NCBI RefSeq assembly: GCF_900187275.1
Contig: NZ_LT906458.1
Span: 960,001-992,000, forward strand
Reading direction: 5' to 3'
DNA: 32,000 nucleotides
DNA from: Pasteurella multocida
GTDB taxonomy: Bacteria > Pseudomonadota > Gammaproteobacteria > Enterobacterales > Pasteurellaceae
Position numbers and translations under genes: made by a program. Positions 29,022 to 32,000 of the stretch are shown piece by piece. The number at the start of each line of letters is the position of its first letter. Position 1 is the first letter of the stretch. The notes under the pieces were generated by a model that saw only the letters and a program-made list of their open reading frames with translations, did no database searches and was not told where the DNA came from.

Positions 29022-30221
29022 ATGGCATTTAATCCAAGTGTATTTAAACAACATTTTCCTTACCTCCAACAAGCGGATGCGGTTGTCTATTTAGACAGTG
29101 CTGCCACGGCATTAAAGCCACAAGTGCTGACTGATGCGACGATTGCCTTTTATCAATCTGCTGGATCCGTACATCGTAGTCAATATGATGAAAAACAGAC
29201 CGCACTTTTTGAACAAGCAAGAGAAAATGTGAAAAACTTCATTGGTGCAGAATCTGAAGAAACGATTATTTGGACATCGGGGACAACGCATGCTATCAAT
29301 TGCGTTGCAAGAGGGTTATCTCATCAACTGCATCCTAAAGCTGAAATTATCATTAGCGAAGCGGACCATCATGCTAATTTTGTTACTTGGTCTGAAATCG
29401 CGCGTCAATATGGCGCAACCTTGCATATTTTACCGATTAATGAGCAATGGTTGATTGAAGAACAGGATCTTATTGCTGTACTCAATACCAATACCGTATT
29501 GGTTGCATTGAATATGGTTTCTAATGTAACTGGAACGGAGCAACCTGTCGCCAATTTAATTAAACTGATTCGACAACACAGTCATGCGTTGGTACTCGTC
29601 GACGCGGCACAAGCGATTAGCCATTTACCTATCGACTTACAAAGGTTAGATGCGGATTTTATTGCCTTCTCAGCGCATAAACTCTATGGTCCGAATGGAC
29701 TTGGTGTGTTAAGTGGGAAACGTCATGCCCTTGAACAACTTCAGCCCCTGTTGTACGGTGGGAAAATGGTAGAACGAGTATCTGCACAACACATCCGTTT
29801 TGCCGAACTACCTTATCGCCTTGAGGCTGGCACGCCAAATATTGCAGGTGTGATTGGTTTTAATGCTGTCTTAGAATGGTTAAGCCAGTGGGACTTAGCT
29901 GCTGCCGAGCAACATGCCATTGCTTTGGCAGAGCAATGTAAAATGCGATTAAAAAATTACCCACACTGCCAGTTATTTTTATCACCGCAACCGAGCAGCA
30001 TCGCTTGTTTTGTGTTTAACGGTATAGCCACCTCTGACATCGCCACATTGCTCGCTGAACAAAATATAGCCTTACGCGCAGGTGAACACTGCGCCCAACC
30101 TTATTTAGCGCGCTTAGGACAGCACAGCACTTTGCGGCTTTCCTTTGCACCTTATAACCAACAAGCGGATGTTGATGCGTTTTTCTCTGCCCTTGACAAC
30201 GCTTTAGCCTTATTAGATTAA
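29022..30221 (+). CDS. csdA: Cysteine desulfurase, group II (CsdA/SufS type)
   Basis: YLDSAATALKPQ, HRSQYDEKQTALFEQAR, FIAFSAHKLYGPNGLGVL (PLP lysine), LRAGEHCAQPYL (catalytic Cys). Start ATG 29022; the ORF track start at 28956 overlaps the upstream gene. Confidence 0.93.
   Translation: MAFNPSVFKQHFPYLQQADAVVYLDSAATALKPQVLTDATIAFYQSAGSVHRSQYDEKQTALFEQARENVKNFIGAESEETIIWTSGTTHAINCVARGLSHQLHPKAEIIISEADHHANFVTWSEIARQYGATLHILPINEQWLIEEQDLIAVLNTNTVLVALNMVSNVTGTEQPVANLIKLIRQHSHALVLVDAAQAISHLPIDLQRLDADFIAFSAHKLYGPNGLGVLSGKRHALEQLQPLLYGGKMVERVSAQHIRFAELPYRLEAGTPNIAGVIGFNAVLEWLSQWDLAAAEQHAIALAEQCKMRLKNYPHCQLFLSPQPSSIACFVFNGIATSDIATLLAEQNIALRAGEHCAQPYLARLGQHSTLRLSFAPYNQQADVDAFFSALDNALALLD
29199..29207 (-). 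repeat. DNA uptake sequence core (in csdA)
   Basis: accgcactt. Confidence 0.9.
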
Positions 30222-30602
30222 ATGATGAAAGAACAACTCCTTAACGCAAAAAGCTGGGAAGAACGTTACCGCCTGATTATCCAAGCCGGCAAACAGCTAC
30301 CATTCCCCACAGAACAACAACTCGCCGAGATGCAACCGATTTCAGGTTGTGAGACGAAAGTCTGGTTTAAAATTACTGGAAAAAATGACCGCACTTTTGA
30401 TTTTCAAGCTTACAGCGAAGCCCGTATTATTAATGGATTATTGTGGATTTTACTGCAAGAAATTCAGGGTAAAACAGTCAAACAACTCAAGCAGTTTGAT
30501 TTAACTGCCTATTTCACTGAATTGGGCATTGCACAACGGTTAAGCAGCACAAGGTTAAATGGACTAAAACAGATTGAAAAATTGTTACATCAGCTAGAGT
30601 AA
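30222..30602 (+). CDS. csdE: SufE/CsdE family sulfur acceptor
   Basis: SWEERYRLIIQAGKQLP..PISGCETKVWF..GLLWILLQEIQGKT; immediately downstream of csdA. Confidence 0.9.
   Translation: MMKEQLLNAKSWEERYRLIIQAGKQLPFPTEQQLAEMQPISGCETKVWFKITGKNDRTFDFQAYSEARIINGLLWILLQEIQGKTVKQLKQFDLTAYFTELGIAQRLSSTRLNGLKQIEKLLHQLE
30388..30396 (-). repeat. DNA uptake sequence core (in csdE)
   Basis: accgcactt. Confidence 0.9.
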
Positions 30603-30946
30603 AAGTGTGGCTGAGATTAAAAAGGGCGGTGTATTTTAAAAAAAATTTCATCCCCCAAAAGTGACTTTCCCCCTTTCCCTTATTTTTCGCTGTAGCGGTT
30701 GCGTTCACGTTTAAACCACACTTTCCTTGTTTGAGCATGGCTTGCTAAGCGAGTTTGGAAAGCGGGTGCCAAACGTTAGCAACAAGTGAAGGAAAAAAAA
30801 TTACGGAGTGCTTTCTTTTGCCTACTTTTTCCTTTACACAAGCAAAGAAAAACTAACTCGCTGATCGGGCACCCAATATTGTTTAACCTGAAAAAAAGGC
30901 TCTTTTCCCATCATAATTGATAACACGACCCTGTTTTAATCTCATA

Positions 30947-30975
30947 AAAAAGGCAAACATAACTGTTTGCCCTTT
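30947..30975 (-). terminator. Intrinsic terminator of hldE
   Basis: - strand AAAGGGCAAACA gtta TGTTTGCCTTTTTTATG. Confidence 0.85.
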
Positions 30976-31011
30976 CCCCAAATAGGTATGATGATGAAAT
31001 CAAATTCAATC

Positions 31012-32000
31012 TTAATCTTTTAACTGCTGAATCTTACTGATCACATTACTGGTTGAACAACCATTTTCAAAGTTTAATACTTTTACATCACCACCACTCG
31101 CCCAAACTTCTTGGCTACCGGCGATGTCTTCTGGTTTGTAATCACCACCTTTCACCAATAAATCAGGTAATACTTCAGCAATTAAACGTTGTGGAGTGTC
31201 TTCATGGAACGCCACTAACCAATCGACTGAAGATAAGCCTGCCAATACTGCCATACGAGATTGAAGGTCATTAATTGGGCGGGTTTCACCTTTTAGGCGT
31301 TTGACTGAGTCATCGCTGTTCACTGCGACAATTAAGCGATCGCCCAATTTACGTGCGTTTTCGAGGTAAGACACATGTCCCGGGTGAAGAATGTCAAAAC
31401 AGCCATTAGTCATCACAATTTTCTCACCACGCGCCTTCGCTTGTGCCACTACGCGTTTCAGTTCGGCTTCGCTCATAATACCAAATCCAGTATTAGAACG
31501 ACCGTGAATTGCATTTTCTAATTCCACCGTAGAAACGGTTGAGGTCCCTAATTTACCCACGACAATCCCTGCTGCGACATTGGCTAAATAGCAGGCTTCT
31601 TCAAACGAACGACCATCCGCTAAGCCTGTGGCTAACACACTAATCACCGTATCTCCCGCCCCGGTCACATCAAATACTTCTTTCGCTTCGGTGGCTAAAT
31701 GAAATGCCGGTTGATTTGGACGCAATAACGTCATGCCTTTTTCAGAACGTGTCACTAAAAGCGCACTCAGGTCGATCTGCTCAATTAATTTCAACCCTTT
31801 TTCGATAATCTCTTCTTCAGAATCACACTTCCCAACCACCGCTTCAAATTCAGACATATTCGGTGTTAATAAGGTTGCCCCACGATAACGTTCAAAATCG
31901 GTTCCTTTCGGATCAATTAACACGGGAATATTGGCTTGGCGTGCAAGTTGAATCATTTTTTGCACTTGATTTAAGGTGCCTTTACCATAATCGGATAACA
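31012..32000 (-). CDS. hldE: Bifunctional D-glycero-beta-D-manno-heptose-7-phosphate kinase / 1-phosphate adenylyltransferase, partial (N-terminus outside window)
   Basis: Kinase end ([33 protein letters not shown]) and adenylyltransferase domain ([37 protein letters not shown]). Frame stays open to the edge, encoding [15 protein letters not shown]. Confidence 0.96.
   Translation of the reverse strand, partial: LSDYGKGTLNQVQKMIQLARQANIPVLIDPKGTDFERYRGATLLTPNMSEFEAVVGKCDSEEEIIEKGLKLIEQIDLSALLVTRSEKGMTLLRPNQPAFHLATEAKEVFDVTGAGDTVISVLATGLADGRSFEEACYLANVAAGIVVGKLGTSTVSTVELENAIHGRSNTGFGIMSEAELKRVVAQAKARGEKIVMTNGCFDILHPGHVSYLENARKLGDRLIVAVNSDDSVKRLKGETRPINDLQSRMAVLAGLSSVDWLVAFHEDTPQRLIAEVLPDLLVKGGDYKPEDIAGSQEVWASGGDVKVLNFENGCSTSNVISKIQQLKD

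Noticed and set aside
28632-29072. 146-aa - strand ORF opposite the nuclease gene
   Set aside because: Antisense to a gene with clear signal peptide and SNase motifs; no supporting homology.
30514-30738. 74-aa - strand ORF overlapping the csdE end
   Set aside because: Antisense to csdE and running into low-complexity spacer; no coding evidence.
1-32000. CRISPR array, toxin-antitoxin, restriction, retron, phage or transposon content
   Set aside because: No regularly spaced repeats, no insertion-sequence ends or integrase/transposase/reverse transcriptase motifs, and all long ORFs have clear core-genome assignments. The 'novel system' hypothesis is not supported by this window.

Overview
This 32 kb window looks like a chromosomal core-genome segment from a Pasteurellaceae bacterium, probably Pasteurella or close to it. 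The assignment rests on protein similarity, gene order and 14 exact copies of the Hin-type DNA uptake core AAGTGCGGT/ACCGCACTT. Gene content in order: uvrC, kdsB, ycaR, lpxK, msbA, comEC/rec2 (all -); dksA, pcnB, folK (+); metX (-); sanA (+); cra/fruR, ilvH, ilvI (-); a lysine-riboswitch-linked NhaC-family transporter (-); hns, purU (+); nagA, nagB (-); nagE (+); uup, dgt-like, lrgB/yohK, lrgA/yohJ (-); secreted thermonuclease-like nuclease, csdA, csdE (+); and the C-terminal part of hldE (-, cut by the window edge). I see no CRISPR array, prophage, transposon, tRNA or rRNA, and no convincing new multi-gene system. The points worth a second look are mostly regulatory or architectural. They are a lysine riboswitch with a possible terminator ahead of the NhaC-like gene, a CRP site plus LacI-family-like operator in the nagB/nagE divergent region, and an SD-hairpin-ATG arrangement at uvrC. 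Others are an Ile/Thr-rich mini-ORF ahead of ilvI, uptake sequences reused as terminators and as protein-coding motifs, very tight convergent gene ends, and an unusual intergenic block at about 30.6-30.9 kb.
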